This document shows, in pieces, positions 39,149 to 52,919 of a DNA stretch of 64,000 nt. A program made the position numbers and the translations under genes. The notes under the pieces are model-generated. The model was given only the letters and a program-made list of their open reading frames with translations, was not told the DNA's origin and made no database searches. The stretch is from Octopus vulgaris (taxonomy: Eukaryota). How positions within the stretch are numbered: position 1 is the stretch's first letter; the number at the start of each line of letters is the position of its first letter. Location of the stretch: assembly GCA_951406725.2 (NCBI GenBank), contig OX597820.1, positions 87,048,001 through 87,112,000 on the forward strand. The letters are read 5' to 3'.

Positions 39149-39303
39149 CAGTGCCGTTTTAATGCTTGGACACACTAAGCAGTTACCCAGAGACCTCACG
39201 GGTTTAGGGGTCCAATTCGGAGGCTTTTTGTCAATGTATAAATACTATAGGGCCCAGAGCATTGATTTCCCTAGGGGCCTATAATGTTGCTAAGACGGTC
39301 ATC
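39149..39303. mobile_element. Small hAT-like MITE
   Basis: Ends CAGTGCCGTTTTA / TAAGACGGTCATC; GGGCCC/GGGGCC subterminal motifs. Confidence 0.45.
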
Positions 39304-39459
39304 AGTTAGATATTGCGTCGAAATTATAGACAAGCAGACAGACACACACACAGACAGGCGCGCGCACACACATATATATGCTGGAATATATTTATACTTA
39401 TATATTATGTATTCATTTCATGCCTTTATAAACAATTAACCATAGATACATTTGTGTGC

Positions 39460-39508
<49 letters not shown>

Positions 39509-40851
39509 TGTATATATGTGTATGTGCCTGTGTGGTAAAAAGCTTGCTTCTTAACCACAACCACACAGTTCCGGGTTGAATCCTATTCGCCCTACAACTC
39601 TATTCACTTCACGAATCGTGCATTTCTGAGTCCATTCACTAACATTCTTTAGAGACAACACGAGCATTTTCAAAAATAACCGCTTCACCCTTTAACTGTT
39701 TTCTCCATTGCTGGCAATAGGAAGAATTTCAATTCCAATTTATTTCATATATTTCAGAAGCCTTCAAGTAGAAAGTGATTTTGTACTTAAATTGCAGCCT
39801 TGCTTTTTGCTGAGGGCGCATAGCACGGATACACACACATGTACACACATGCACGTGCACATGTACACACATGAACGTGCATATGTACACACATGCACGT
39901 ACACATACGCACGCGTGTACGCTGATACATTAGTCACTCGCTAGCAAGTATACCTTGGTAACACATACCATCCTTGCCCTAATTGTTTTAGGTGTCTATA
40001 AACACGCGAGCAGATACAGAACCCCTCTCATTCTCCTCAGGGGTTTTAGAGCAAATGGGAGAGAAAGCAAAATCAGCTACCGGCTTGAACACTTTACAAC
40101 TAATTATATTGAAGCAGCTTGTAATTATAGCGTCTTACTTGAAAACACAATGCGCCGCACAGTTCAAAAATTTAACGCACAGCTTTATGATTACGAGCCA
40201 AACACGTTAACCACAGGGCAATATAAAAGTTAAACCTCACTGAGGTCAAATTTGCTTCCAATCTTTTCGGGATCGATACTTTAAATTAGTCAAGTACTGG
40301 CGGGGTGGGTTTCATCCCGCTCTCAGAATAGATTATGTAGCATTGTGTAGAACTTATGCTGTCCTATCAAAGCGTCTGATTTCAAAAAAAGATGGACTAA
40401 TCTTGGGTCTGTCAGTCGTTTCAGATGAAGTGTGTTTTAAAAACCTTCCAAAGCAACAAGAGAGAATGGCGGCATAGACAGACTGGTGTTTTGTGAGGTA
40501 TGGATCGGTTTACACACCCGCTGGCATACATAATTATCTATGCCTTTTATCTTTAACTTGTTTCATGCATTGGGTTGCGACCGCGCTGGGCCACCGCCTT
40601 GAAGGCTTTGGTGGAACAAACCGACCCCAGTAGTTAATTTTCTAAGCCCGTTGTTTTATCGGGCTCTTATAGTCATCTGCTACTTTACGGTGATGTAAAC
40701 AAACCAACACCAGTTGGCAAGTAGTGGTAGGGGACAAACACAATCACAAAGACATATACTTACACACATATATGTATATACATATATATATATATACATA
40801 TACATACATGCATATATATATATATATATAATTATATATATATATATATAT

Positions 40852-41059
40852 AAAGTTAATCCAAACAAGAAAGCACAAAAAACATAACAACGCGAGGACG
40901 TGGAACAAATATAGTATTATTGGACGATCAGGAAAGAAGGAAAGAAGGAGGGTTTAACGTTTCGAGCGGAGCTCTTCGTCGGAAACATAGGAGAAGGAAA
41001 CATCCACAGAAGGGAAGACAGAGGAAAAAAAATCGCCAACGGTACATACGAGGTCACAT
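40852..41059 (-). mobile_element. (TA)n-anchored short element with a minimal hammerhead-like motif
   Basis: Minus 40986-40952: GTTT-CCGACGA-A-GAGC-tcc-GCTC-GAAA-CG-TT-AAAC, then a U-rich tail into (TA)n. Same architecture as 1911-2105. Confidence 0.65.
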
Positions 41060-41254
41060 TTTGGGTTTCAGAAATAGCAATCAACCAGCTAAGGGGCACA
41101 TTACAAATACAGCTGTAAGTGGAAAAGTAAAAATATGCAATACTTTTCTCAAGTTCAACACGTAACATTGCTTTTTGTTAGCTACATTCCAGCAACAGAG
41201 CTTTGTATCTTTGTTAGAGACCAGGAAGATTCAGATGATTAAAAGTAGAAGAGA

Positions 41255-41255
<1 letters not shown>
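41060..41255 (+). mobile_element. 3' end of a second RLE-type LINE family
   Basis: Near-identical to 44003-44210, with a small deletion; encodes AVSGKVKICNTFLKF. Confidence 0.8.
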
Positions 41256-41301
<46 letters not shown>

Positions 41302-41316
41302 AATATATGTGTGTAA

Positions 41317-41485
<169 letters not shown>

Positions 41486-42165
41486 TGCATATATATATAT
41501 ATGCATGCACCACGGGCTTCTTTCAGTTTCCTTTTACCAGATACACTCAGAGAGCTCTGGTCGGCCCGAGGCTATAATAGAAGACATCTGCCCAAGGTGC
41601 CACGCAGTGGGACTGAAGCTGGAACCATGTAATTAAGAAACAAACTTCTATCTATCTATCTATCTATCTATCGATCGATCGATCGATCTGCACAAGTAGC
41701 GAATAAATATCTAAATAAGAATGCGAGTGTGTATAAATATATACGATATATATTTGTGTGTGTGTGCCTATGTGTGTTTATTTGTGTGCAAGATCACATA
41801 TATTTGTCTGTAGTTTGTGTTAATTTCATTATTTTAACGCAAAAATATTTCGTCCGTGTCTGCGTTTTGTGTTCAAATGACATCAGGTCAACCTTGTTTT
41901 TCATCCTTTCGGGGTCGATAAAATAAGTACCAGCTGAGTACTGAAGTCGATGTATTCGACTAGCACCCTCCTCTAAAATTCCAGGCCTTAGGGATTATTT
42001 TAACGCGGAGATCGCGAGCTGGCAGAAGCTTTACCACGTAGGATAAAGTGCTTAGTGGCATTTCTAGCTTTTTACATTCTGATTTTAAATTCAATCAGGG
42101 TCGACTTCTTCTTTCATCTTTTCAAGGTCCGCAAAATAAGTATCTGTTGAATCCAACAAATTAAT

Positions 42166-42770
42166 ATCCCTGAGAACTATGTTAAGGGTACGCGAGTCTG
42201 TGGCATGCTCAGCCTCTTACACGTTAATTTCATGAGCCGGTTGTTTCGTTGATCGGATCAACTGGAACACCTGTCATCGTAACCGACGGAGTGCGAAACA
42301 GATATAAATGCAAGCCTTGCGCCAGAATTGAAAACCGTTCCTTTGAAGCTACTTTAAGAACGGAACGTTTACTAAATAAGATGATTCAACACTGAGAGTA
42401 AGATGAAATATTTAGCAAAGATTGCGTTTACGCTTCACCTAACGATTTGTCAACCGGGGAGAGGAGATTCAATTTTTGTTATTTATATTTGTTTGGCACT
42501 CCGTCGGTTACAACGACGAGGTTTCCAGTTGATCCGATCAACGAAACAATCTGCTCGTGAAATTAACGTGTAAGTGACTGAGCACTCCACAAATTCGCGT
42601 ACCTTTAACATAGTTTTCAAGGAGATTCAGCGCGACACAGGATACGACAAGGCTGGCCCTGTGAACTACACGTACCACTCATTTTTGCCAGCTGAGTGGA
42701 CCAGAGGAACGTGAAAGAAAGTATCTTGCTCAACGACACAACGCGCCGCCAGGAACCGAGCTCACGCACC
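42166..42770. mobile_element. Inverted pair of SINE family E sequences
   Basis: 42166-42299 (plus, tail only) is the diverged reverse complement of 42490-42628. The latter continues as a minus-strand SINE with a CORE-like segment to ~42770. Confidence 0.8.
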
Positions 42771-43739
42771 TTCACGGTATTTATGCGTTTATATATAATT
42801 TTTCTACGTTTAAATGCATGAAAATGAAGCCTCTTTTATCGGTTAAACAAGCCGACAAACGAAACCTAAAGACCCAGTGAAGTTGAACATTATAATATGT
42901 GTGGGCGGATGAGTGTACAGATAGTCAGTGCAATATAGGTCGATTGGTTAAGAAGTTCGCTTCGCAACCACGACGTTTCAATTTCTATCCCATGGCGTGG
43001 TATTTTGGGTAAAATGTTTTTTGTCTTGCTTCGTGTCCACCCATAACTTATGAGTGACAGTGTACAGTCGGAAACTGTACCAAAGCTCGTCGGAAGAATA
43101 GTCTTGTCATACCCTACGCCACGCTGATTGTGACTGAGAAATGCGTTAAACGAAATACTCAGCTAATGACCTATTGATTAAGGAGCAAGTTATTCAGATG
43201 AACGAACAACTGAATCCGCACAATCGACTGACGGATACCCACTAACATGCATACATACACTCATAGTTAGATAGGTAGATAGATACGTACTACGTACGTA
43301 CATACATACATACTATAAGTAGAACAGTAAAACTATGCAAGACTTTTCTCAGGCTTAGAATGTGGCATTGATTACGTTATCTATATTCCAACGATAGAGC
43401 TTTGTATCTTTGTTAGAAACCAATTCCTTCTAGAAAGGAAGGCTTCAGATAATTAAAAACAGAAAAAAACATACATACATACATGGTTTATATATTTAAA
43501 TACACACACAAACACACGCTCTTACCATACATATATATATTAACCATTTTGTCATGTGTATTATTTTAAAGTGAGGATGGAAATTGAAGGATCATAAAAT
43601 CGATGAAGGCATACACAATTAAGTAAAATACATATTTTAATATATATTCCATCATTTCATTATGTACACATATGCGTACATGCATTATACGCGCGCGCGC
43701 GTGTGTGTAAACGCACCGATGCGTATGAATTTAGGAAGA

Positions 43740-44212
43740 ATAGTCCCATCAAGACATCTAGCAAGTGTAAGCATAACGGTCTGAGTTGGTTGTTCGGGAT
43801 AGGCAAGCATAGACCGTCATAGAGGTCAGCCGCTCTGCTGACGTGAATATCTTTTTGAAAATCAATGGAAAAGAGGATAACTACCGACAACTGTTTCGAA
43901 ACCTTCAGCTTCTATACCCAGAGTATGAATTCACATTTATACCAATAATAACAGGTGAACTTGGCATTGTTATTAAACACCTATATGACACCCTGGAAAA
44001 GCTTGGGTTTCAGAAATAGCAATCAACCAGCTAAGGGGCACATTACAAATACAGCTGTAAGCGGAAAAGTAAAAATATGCAATACTTTTCTCAAGTTCAA
44101 CAAGTAACATTGCTTTTTGTTAGCTACATTCCAGCAACAGAGCTTTGTATCTTTGTTAGAAACCAGCTCCTTCTTTTCTGGAAGATTCAGATGATTAAAA
44201 GTAGAAGAGTCT
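43740..44212 (+). mobile_element. RLE-type (R4-like) LINE 3' end with endonuclease domain
   Basis: KCKHN, VIEVSRSADVNIFLKINGKEDNYRQLFRNLQLLYPEYEFTFIPIITGELG, AVSGKVKICNTFLKFNK*. Related tails at 43313-43470 and 44590-44775. Confidence 0.85.
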
Positions 44213-44334
44213 TTAGATACACACACGCGCATTTTCACATACATACATACATACATACATACATACATACATACATACATACATACATACACACAATGCT
44301 TAATACACAATCTGTCTATAAATGCCTAAGTGAT

Positions 44335-44569
44335 AAAGGCGGCGAGCTGGCAGAAAGTTTAGCGCGCCGGGCGAAATGCTTAGCGGTATTTCGTCTACCG
44401 TTACGTTCTGAGTTCAAATTCCGCCGAGGTCGACTTTGCCTTTCGTCCTTTCGGGGTCGATAAATTAAGTACCAGTTACGCACTGGGGTCGACGTAACCG
44501 ACTTTATCCCTTTGTCTGTCCTTGTTTGTCCCCTCTATGTCAAGCTCCTTGTGGGCAATTAAGAAATAC
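44335..44569 (+). mobile_element. Full-length SINE family B monomer with 17-bp TSD
   Basis: ATAAATGCCTAAGTGAT at 44318-44334 and 44570-44586. A-box-like GAGCTGGCAGAAAG, B box GAGTTCAAATTCC, tail ccttgtgggcaattaagaaata. Confidence 0.95.
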
Positions 44570-45417
44570 ATAAATGCCTAAGTGATTATCTGGATAAGCT
44601 GGGGTTTTCGGAAAAAAAATCAAGCAGCTAAGAAATACAATTGGTAAGCAGAAAGTATAAATATGCAAGTGACATTGTTTTTGTTATCTACATTCTAACG
44701 ACGGAGCTTTTGTATCTTTGTATCTTTGTATTTCTTTCCTCAGAGGAAGATTTCAAATAATTAAAAATAAGAGAACTACACACTCGCGCGTGCGCACGCA
44801 CACACACACGCATTCGTGGATCTGTAGTTCTTATCCGATCATTAAACTAGTGAAAGATACTCTTAGAAATGCTGGGCTTCTCGTCACTCCAACCATTTTT
44901 GGTACACCGAAAGGAAAGCAAAATCTTTCCCTGTAATCAATTTTACGTACAGGGATTTTTTTCTAACGTAAAGAGACAATGGAACTTTCAGAAGTAGTCA
45001 CTGTGGTTGGAGCAGGAGTGTATCACAATGAAATACCACCGCTTCTGAATTCTTTCTCGATTGCGGAGACACACAGTCTGCGTGCCTCAGTAGGGCCGGT
45101 CGCATTCTTCATGCTGCAGCTGTTCTTTATGCGATTCCGACAATGCTATCAGAAGTGGTAACACTAGAACACGAGTTGAATTTTAATAAATCACATACAC
45201 ACATGCATATTGGAAACGATCTACGTCGAAAATTATTTCACCGAAGTGGATTATACCAATATTTAGCACTCAATACATGATACGAGTTTAGAGTCGTGGT
45301 GTTTGTGTGTGCGCGTGTGCATGTGTGAGTGTCTGTATGCGCACGTGCGTGTGTGCGTATGAAGGCATGTATGTATAACATATACGCATAAAGAGATGTG
45401 TTAATGCTTGTGTGCTC

Positions 45418-45462
<45 letters not shown>

Positions 45463-46146
45463 TATACATACACAAACACAAATACATTAACTGTTATTTG
45501 ATGTGAAATCCATAAAGTTTTCTTTAATGGCGCCAATTTCAATTTTTGAATTGATTTCAGTATTTGTTAATACTTGTTTAGGCCCCTATGATCTATCTAT
45601 GATCAAGGCTCTCCATCCATGAACAGCCTATATAATTTTAAGACAATGTGTCAAGTACTAAATTATCTAACGTGGCCGTCCTTTTATAAGAATATTACAG
45701 GAATATTTGGTAACTATTTCTTGCGGTTTTAGCGAGCACTCAGAGACTCCGTCGCAGATTCAAAATAATTTTAGATTAACATCATGGGACTATCAATTAC
45801 TGAAAAGGGTGCACGAACAGAAAGAGATAATTATGTTTATTTTTCGTTTTTGTGTTTTCTTTCCCAAGTAGCAGGACCTTGTATATTTTGAACACCTGTT
45901 TAATAACATTAGTTGTTTAACTGCTGAAAAGTAAGTTTGGGAAGTCATAAATAAAGTATAATGAAGTATATATCGGAATACTTAGCTCAATTTTTATAGA
46001 AGCAATACGGAACCCACAACGTCAGCAAGTATGTATGTATGTATGTATGTATGTATGTATGTATGTATGTATGTATGTATGTATGTATGTATGTATGTAT
46101 GTATGTATGTATGTATGTATGTATGTATGTATGTATGTATGTGTGT

Positions 46147-46306
46147 GCTCGAAATACGAGAGTAGAAAAACAGCCAATAACAGATGAAGGGTCGTCCTTT
46201 ATGTTGTTTGTCTTGTTTTCCATTTGCGTCTTTCGTTGTTCGAAAAAATAGTTCATATTCCATGTATTTTTTTTGTTGTACACGTTTCGTGACGTCCTGT
46301 GCCCAC
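46147..46306 (+). mobile_element. Short microsatellite-embedded dispersed repeat
   Basis: Reverse-complement homologue at 62976-63127 (gacgtcctgt..ccat end; gatgaaggg internal motif). Confidence 0.7.
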
Positions 46307-46346
46307 ATATATATATATATATATATACGTATAGATGTAAGTATGT

Positions 46347-46396
<50 letters not shown>

Positions 46397-46400
<4 letters not shown>

Positions 46401-46640
46401 TGTCAAGGAATCTAACGCTCTTAGCTTAGTTTTTTCCGTGGGACTGGCCAGATTGGAGCAATCCCGAGTATAACCAACCGAAATTGCAAAGATAATCTGG
46501 AACTTTTCTGAGGAAAGAAAACTCCGAATGACCTGTCCTTTTTTTCTTTGCATCGTCTATCTGGATGTTTTGTTGTCCCTTTTTTGTATCACCTAAGTGT
46601 CTGGATGTAATGCGTTCTTGTCTCATTTTGTATTTGATAT
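46397..46640 (+). mobile_element. Short (TA)n-embedded dispersed repeat
   Basis: Homologue at ~62085-62280 (gcttagtttt...ctggcc.gat.ggagc.at...ccgaaattgc...cgaatgacc.gtcc...gcgttcttgtc.cattttgtattt). Confidence 0.75.
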
Positions 46641-46726
46641 ACATACATATATATATATATATATAGATAGATATAGATATAGATAGATAGATAGATAGAT
46701 GGATAGATAGATAAATGGATAGATAG

Positions 46727-46760
<34 letters not shown>

Positions 46761-46956
46761 ATAGATAGATACATATAGATATAAATAAATGTATACACAC
46801 TAAGACACACACATACACACATACATATATACATATATATATAGAGAGAAAGCGAGAGTGAGTGATAGGTAGTTAGGTAGATAGATTGATAGATAGATAG
46901 ATAGATAGATAGATAGCAATACATACGGACAGACACATACACGCACACATATATAC

Positions 46957-47018
<62 letters not shown>

Positions 47019-47173
47019 ATATATATATATACACACACAAAGGAAAGAAAGTGCGATGAACACACGTTGAGTATATATAAAAAGAAAGGAGAACAAACAA
47101 CAATGGTTAACTAATTAAAATAATTGAAAAGCAGAAAGAAAAAAAAAAATGAAAAAATGATTGTAATTCTTAC

Positions 47174-47924
47174 CTGAATTAAGTATGAATACTATTATTA
47201 ATAATAATAATAGTAATATTCAAGAAGATCAGCAAACTTCTATCACGCGTGTATTGAACGTTAGTCAATTCGATATTTACTGTCTTTTGTTTTTGTTTTT
47301 GTTTCTTGCTTTTTGAGTGTGTGTTTTGACTTGACGTTTTGTGTATGAATATGAGAGCGTGTTTGTTTTGTAGTCGTGTGAATTTACTGGGGCATGTTAT
47401 TGAAAACAGATTAAAAGACGAAGGTAAGGATATAATTATTTAGAGATCTATGTGTCTTTCGATGGAACTTATTAAACATATGTATTTTAGTTAAGTATTA
47501 AATATTTTTAGATAACTAATTTTTGCTTTGAAAATAAACGATTAACAGTGTCGTAAACAATTATTCGTTGGGCCTGTTTGCTTTTTTTTTGTTTTTGGTG
47601 TAATGGTTGTTTATGTTTTTTTGATGTTGATTTTTATGTTGCTTTTGAAAATTTTGGTCGTGACCGAGTATGTATGTGAGTGTATGTGAGGGTGTGTGTA
47701 CTATTTCGTATTGTCTTTTCGTTTTTTGACGAAAGACAGTAAAGTTTAGCTTTGTGTATACAGTCCGACTGTTGTATATAATGTATATAGAATGTATATA
47801 TAGAGAGATAGAGAGGAGAGAGAGAAAGAAAAAGTGGCAGAGAGGGATAGAGATTATGTATATATATTTATAAAGAGAGGGAGAGAGATTATAGAGCAGT
47901 GATCCACTCAGCTGCCTTTAAACT
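47174..47924 (-). other. Candidate first (5'-UTR) exon of a minus-strand gene
   Basis: SINE-free unique sequence ending in a consensus donor CAG|GTAAGA (intron starts at 47173). No long ORF is present. Confidence 0.45.
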
Positions 47925-47955
47925 AAACTTCCACGACTTCGGTTTAAATAGTAAC
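47915..47955 (-). promoter_or_regulatory. Candidate Pol II core promoter: TATA-like box plus Inr-like element
   Basis: Minus strand TATTTAAA at 47950-47943 and TTAGTT with A at 47924, 26 nt downstream of the first T. Confidence 0.4.
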
Positions 47956-48723
47956 AAGAAAGTTGTTGCCAAGACAAGAGACGTCGGTGATGGAGATGGT
48001 GGAGAGAGTCGCTGGTAGTGGTAGTGATGGAGATGGAGGGAATGATAGTGGTGGTAGTGATGGTGGTAAAGATGAAGGTGATGGTCTTGGAGGGATGACG
48101 CTGATGGTGGTGGTGGTGGTGGTGGTGTCGGTGGTGGAAGTGAAGGAAAAGAAGAAGTAAGAGACGAGATGATGGGGAGGGATAATACGATAATACGATG
48201 GTGAGAGTAAACGGAGGAGGTTAGTAGTGGTGATGGAATAGAAAGGGGTATGGGAGGAGTGATGACATAGAGACAGAAAGAGGAACGTGCTTGTGTTGTA
48301 TGTATATATGTATGGATGTATGTATGTGTGCATGCGAGCAGTTGTATATGTGTGTGCGCGCATGTGAATTAATGCGTGTGCATGTACGCGTGTGTGAGTG
48401 CAGCTATCATTATGCGTTTGTGTGTATGTATGCGTATATATGTATGTATATAGTGACATATGAAGTGCGTCAGTATGTGTGTATGCATTTATGTGTCTGT
48501 ATGTGTCTGTATCACTATACATGTAGTGGGTGTGTGCTCGTCAATATATATGAATACGCGTGTAGTGTATGTTATTAATTAGGTGTGTGTGTGCGTGTGT
48601 GCAAGTGTATATATCTAAATGCGTGTATGCAGGTGGTGTGTATATGTGACTGAAAGTGTATATGTATGGCTCTACCTATGGGGGTGTACTATTTACCAAA
48701 AAGTCATGCACGTGCGGGGGTGT

Positions 48724-48785
<62 letters not shown>

Positions 48786-49379
48786 GTATATATATATGTA
48801 TGAGTTACGAACTGCGAAATATTCATAATGCCTCCATATGTATGTATACATGCATGTATGCATGTATGCATGCATGCATGTATGTATGTATGCATGCATG
48901 TATGTATGTACGTGTGTGTATCTGTGCGTGTGTGTGTCTGTGCATCGTATGCACGTGTCTATAAAGTGGGTGTGTATATGCGCGTGTGTTTGTATGTGTA
49001 GGAGGAAGGGGAGGAGAGGAATGAGGAGGTGGATAACTTAGTTTAGAGTGAAGAGCGAAGATTTGAGGGGGTGGGGGCAAAAGCGAAAATGAAAGTAGGA
49101 GGAGAAGCAGGAGGGGAAGAGCCAAAGGAGGGGAAGTCAAATGAAAAGCGCTAGACTACCATCATAGTGAGTGAGAGAGCCAGTAATGTGTGGGATAGAG
49201 TTTAAGAGGTTGCGAATAATCCCGTTCTGGGGTCGGTGTAGTGGGTAGAGGTAACAAAGAAAGAGAGAGAGGGGGAGGGGAGGGGGAGAGGGAGAGAAGC
49301 TATATGATGATGACGAGAGCGAAAACGGAGAAGGTGGATAAAATTAGTTAAAAGTTAAAAACATGCACGCACATATACA

Positions 49380-49632
49380 CACATAGACAGTGTGTATATG
49401 TGTGTGTGTATGTGTATGCGTGTGTGTGTGTGTGTGGGAGAGAGAGAGAGAGAGAGAAAGGGAGAGAGAGTAAAGTTATGATATCATGTAGGACAGTAGT
49501 GTGTAAGGGTATGTATGTATGTGTGTGTATGTGTGTAATTCTAATATCTTATATAGCACTTTCTTACAGTGTAAAGAAGTCATTGCCTTATCAATGTCAT
49601 CACACTGTCTGTCTGTCTATCTATCTATTTAT

Positions 49633-49709
<77 letters not shown>

Positions 49710-50055
49710 AATCAATTTATCTATCTATCAATTTATCTATTTATCTATGTGTATATATATGTTTATATTTAGCTAACTAGTTAACCAAATTTCTGTTTAT
49801 CTGTCTATCTGTTTGTCTCTTTATCTGACTATATTTATATTTATCTATCTCACCATACAAACATCGTCTTAACTATTTATTCGTTGTCGGATTATGTCTA
49901 TGTATGTTTGCTTGTCTGTGCTTCAACCTATGAGTGTACGCGAAAGAGAAACTTCGAGTAGTGATTCATGGAAAATATCTATCTGTCTGTCTATGTATGT
50001 ATGTATGTATGTATGTATGTATGTATGTATGTATGTATGTATGTATGTATGTATG

Positions 50056-50098
<43 letters not shown>

Positions 50099-50161
50099 AT
50101 GTAACTATAGATAGACAGATAGACAGACAGATAGATAGATATGTATATATATATGTATGCA

Positions 50162-50207
<46 letters not shown>

Positions 50208-50316
50208 CATATATATATATGTATATATACATAGACACATATACATATATAGATAAATAGATAAATGTATAAACATACACTCACACATACATATACACCA
50301 TATATACATACATACC

Positions 50317-50379
<63 letters not shown>

Positions 50380-50527
50380 AATGTATATATATGTATATGT
50401 ATATGTATATATATATATATATCCACACACATATATATTGGCATATATATGTATATGTACACGGATAGGTATGTACATATATGTATGTATATGTATATAT
50501 ATTATATGTATGTATATATATATGTTT

Positions 50528-50581
<54 letters not shown>

Positions 50582-51134
50582 CTATATATAAATGTATGTG
50601 TATATATATATATACATACATACATATAAGTGTGTGAGTCGTGTGTGTGTGTGTGTTTATACCCATGTACATATACAAGAGACAGTTGACGGTGACGATT
50701 TATATTTTAATACCCAAGATATCAGGAAACAAAGAGATAGAATGGACCCCTAACCCGCCCACAGGCTATCCTATCTGACATAGTTATAGACCACGGCTCT
50801 GAACCGGTTCCTTATTTCATCGACGATGGCAGAGTTTGAACTCAGTTTGTGCAGAGTCGTATGAAATTCGGCTATGTATTGTATTCTTAGCTCTAACGAT
50901 TCAAACAATTACAATACACCGAGTGTGTGTATGTGTGTGAGTGAGGATGTACGTGTGTGTACGTCCGTGAGTAAGTGCATGTGTGTGTGTGTGTGTGTGT
51001 GTGTGAGTGTCTGTATACACGTACACATGCATATGGCGAATTAGTAGAATACACACACATATGCATATATATATTTAATACGTAGATAGTATGTATAATA
51101 GATATTAGTGTTTATATACATATGTATGTATACA

Positions 51135-51201
<67 letters not shown>

Positions 51202-51270
51202 TATATACATGCACACATTTATACATAAAGACACACATACATACACAGACTCACACATACATACGCACAT
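49380..51270. repeat. Representative compound microsatellite block: (TA)n, (TG)n, (TATC)n, (TATG)n
   Basis: Seen directly. Similar blocks at 10441-10670, 11345-11641, 34526-35075, 36560-37240, 41257-41500, 46640-47040, 62700-62975 and 63870-64000. Confidence 0.95.
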
Positions 51271-52049
51271 GCAATACTCAACAATTATTTTCTCGCGACT
51301 AATCGAATTTTTGACCACCTTAAAATGTTATTAAAATTATTATAAACGACTGGTGTTTTGCAATATTTTAAGATTTTATAATAGAAAATTGGTTATGCAA
51401 AAAGTAAAGTTACGATCAATTTATGTATTAAAATGGAAGACTAACGCAACGGTGTAACTTTTTAGTGGTGTAATTCTTTTCATATTTCTGTACTATTTTC
51501 ACTTTAGTTGCTCTTGGGTAAATGTCTTAACTAGACGATTCTAATTCGGAAAATCGCCTTAAGAGTGATGCCGTATTAAAATAAAAAAAAGGATGGGAAT
51601 GGGATCAAATCGGAGAAGGTGTAATGCCTTACATCATCTGTAAAGCATTTTATCTGATAACGCCTGAAATGGCCTTGAAATTACCAAACTTTGTATCTTT
51701 TGTCTTTGCTTCTATCAGTCATTGGACTGCAGCCATGCTGGGACACTGACTTGAAGGGCTTAGTCGAACAAATCAACCGTTGTACTTAATTTATAAGATT
51801 GGTACTTATTGCATCCACACACGCACACACACGCACACGCATACACACGCAAACGCACGCACACACACTCACACATATATATATAAATATGTGCAGGAGT
51901 GGCTGTGCGGTAAGTAGCTTGCTTACTAACCACATGGTTCCAGATTTAGTCCCACTGAGTGGTACCTTGGGCAAGTGTCTTGTGCTTTAGCCTCGGGCCG
52001 ACCAAAGCCTTATGAGTGGATCTCGTAGACGGAAACTGAAAGAAGCCCG

Positions 52050-52095
<46 letters not shown>

Positions 52096-52280
52096 GTGTG
52101 TGTGTGTGTGTATGTTTGTGTCTATGTTTATGCTGCTACCATAGCCTGACAGCCGATGGTGGTGTGTTTACGTCACCGTAACTTAGCATTACGGCAAAAG
52201 ATACCGATAGAATAAGTACTGGGCTTACAAAGAATAAGTCCTGGGGTCGATTTGTTCAAATGATTGAAACAAAGAAAAAA

Positions 52281-52316
<36 letters not shown>

Positions 52317-52885
52317 GACTGACTTCTTTCAGGTTACATTCACCTATTATACTCTTATACTCAGAAGCCTCTGGTCGGCACGGAATTATAGTAGAAGACA
52401 CAGTAGGACTGAACTCAAGACCACATGGCTGGGACGTAAGCTTCTTACACAACTGCACCTGCGCCTAATATGTATCTCTTGTTTTTATAGAAAATTTACT
52501 ATCGTTAAGCTTTCTAAAAGCAGTTAAGCTTTCTTAAAAGTGCAAAACGAGAGGACCCTGATAGTGAAAACCGCCTAAAGCTGGTGCTATTGATACATTT
52601 AATTGGCAAAGATATGGTCAAATCGAAGCGGGCGCGACGCCTGATATCGTCTCTAAATAAGTATATTTTAGTTATTTCAAAGAAACAGTATAATCGAATT
52701 TTTCTGCACGATCTAATGAGTGGTGTCTAATACTGCAAGCTCAGTGAAACTTGGTACACCAGGTAAAAAAAATTGTGGGGGAAAAATGTAGTCAATTTCA
52801 AGGTAACTAATGGGGCACTAAACTATAGATATGCCCATAGATGTGTGTGCGTGTATCTGTGTGTCTGTATGTATATGTGTTTGTT

Positions 52886-52919
<34 letters not shown>

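Noticed and set aside
46147-46200. GAAA...(C)AGATGAAGGG and CTGATGAAGGG (63090-63105, minus) as a permuted hammerhead
   Set aside because: No convincing stems could be drawn in either copy.
47944-48522. 192-aa Pro/Ser/Thr-rich minus-strand ORF and Gly/Asp-rich plus-strand ORF
   Set aside because: Both arise from GGT/GAT and TG low-complexity sequence with no domain signature.
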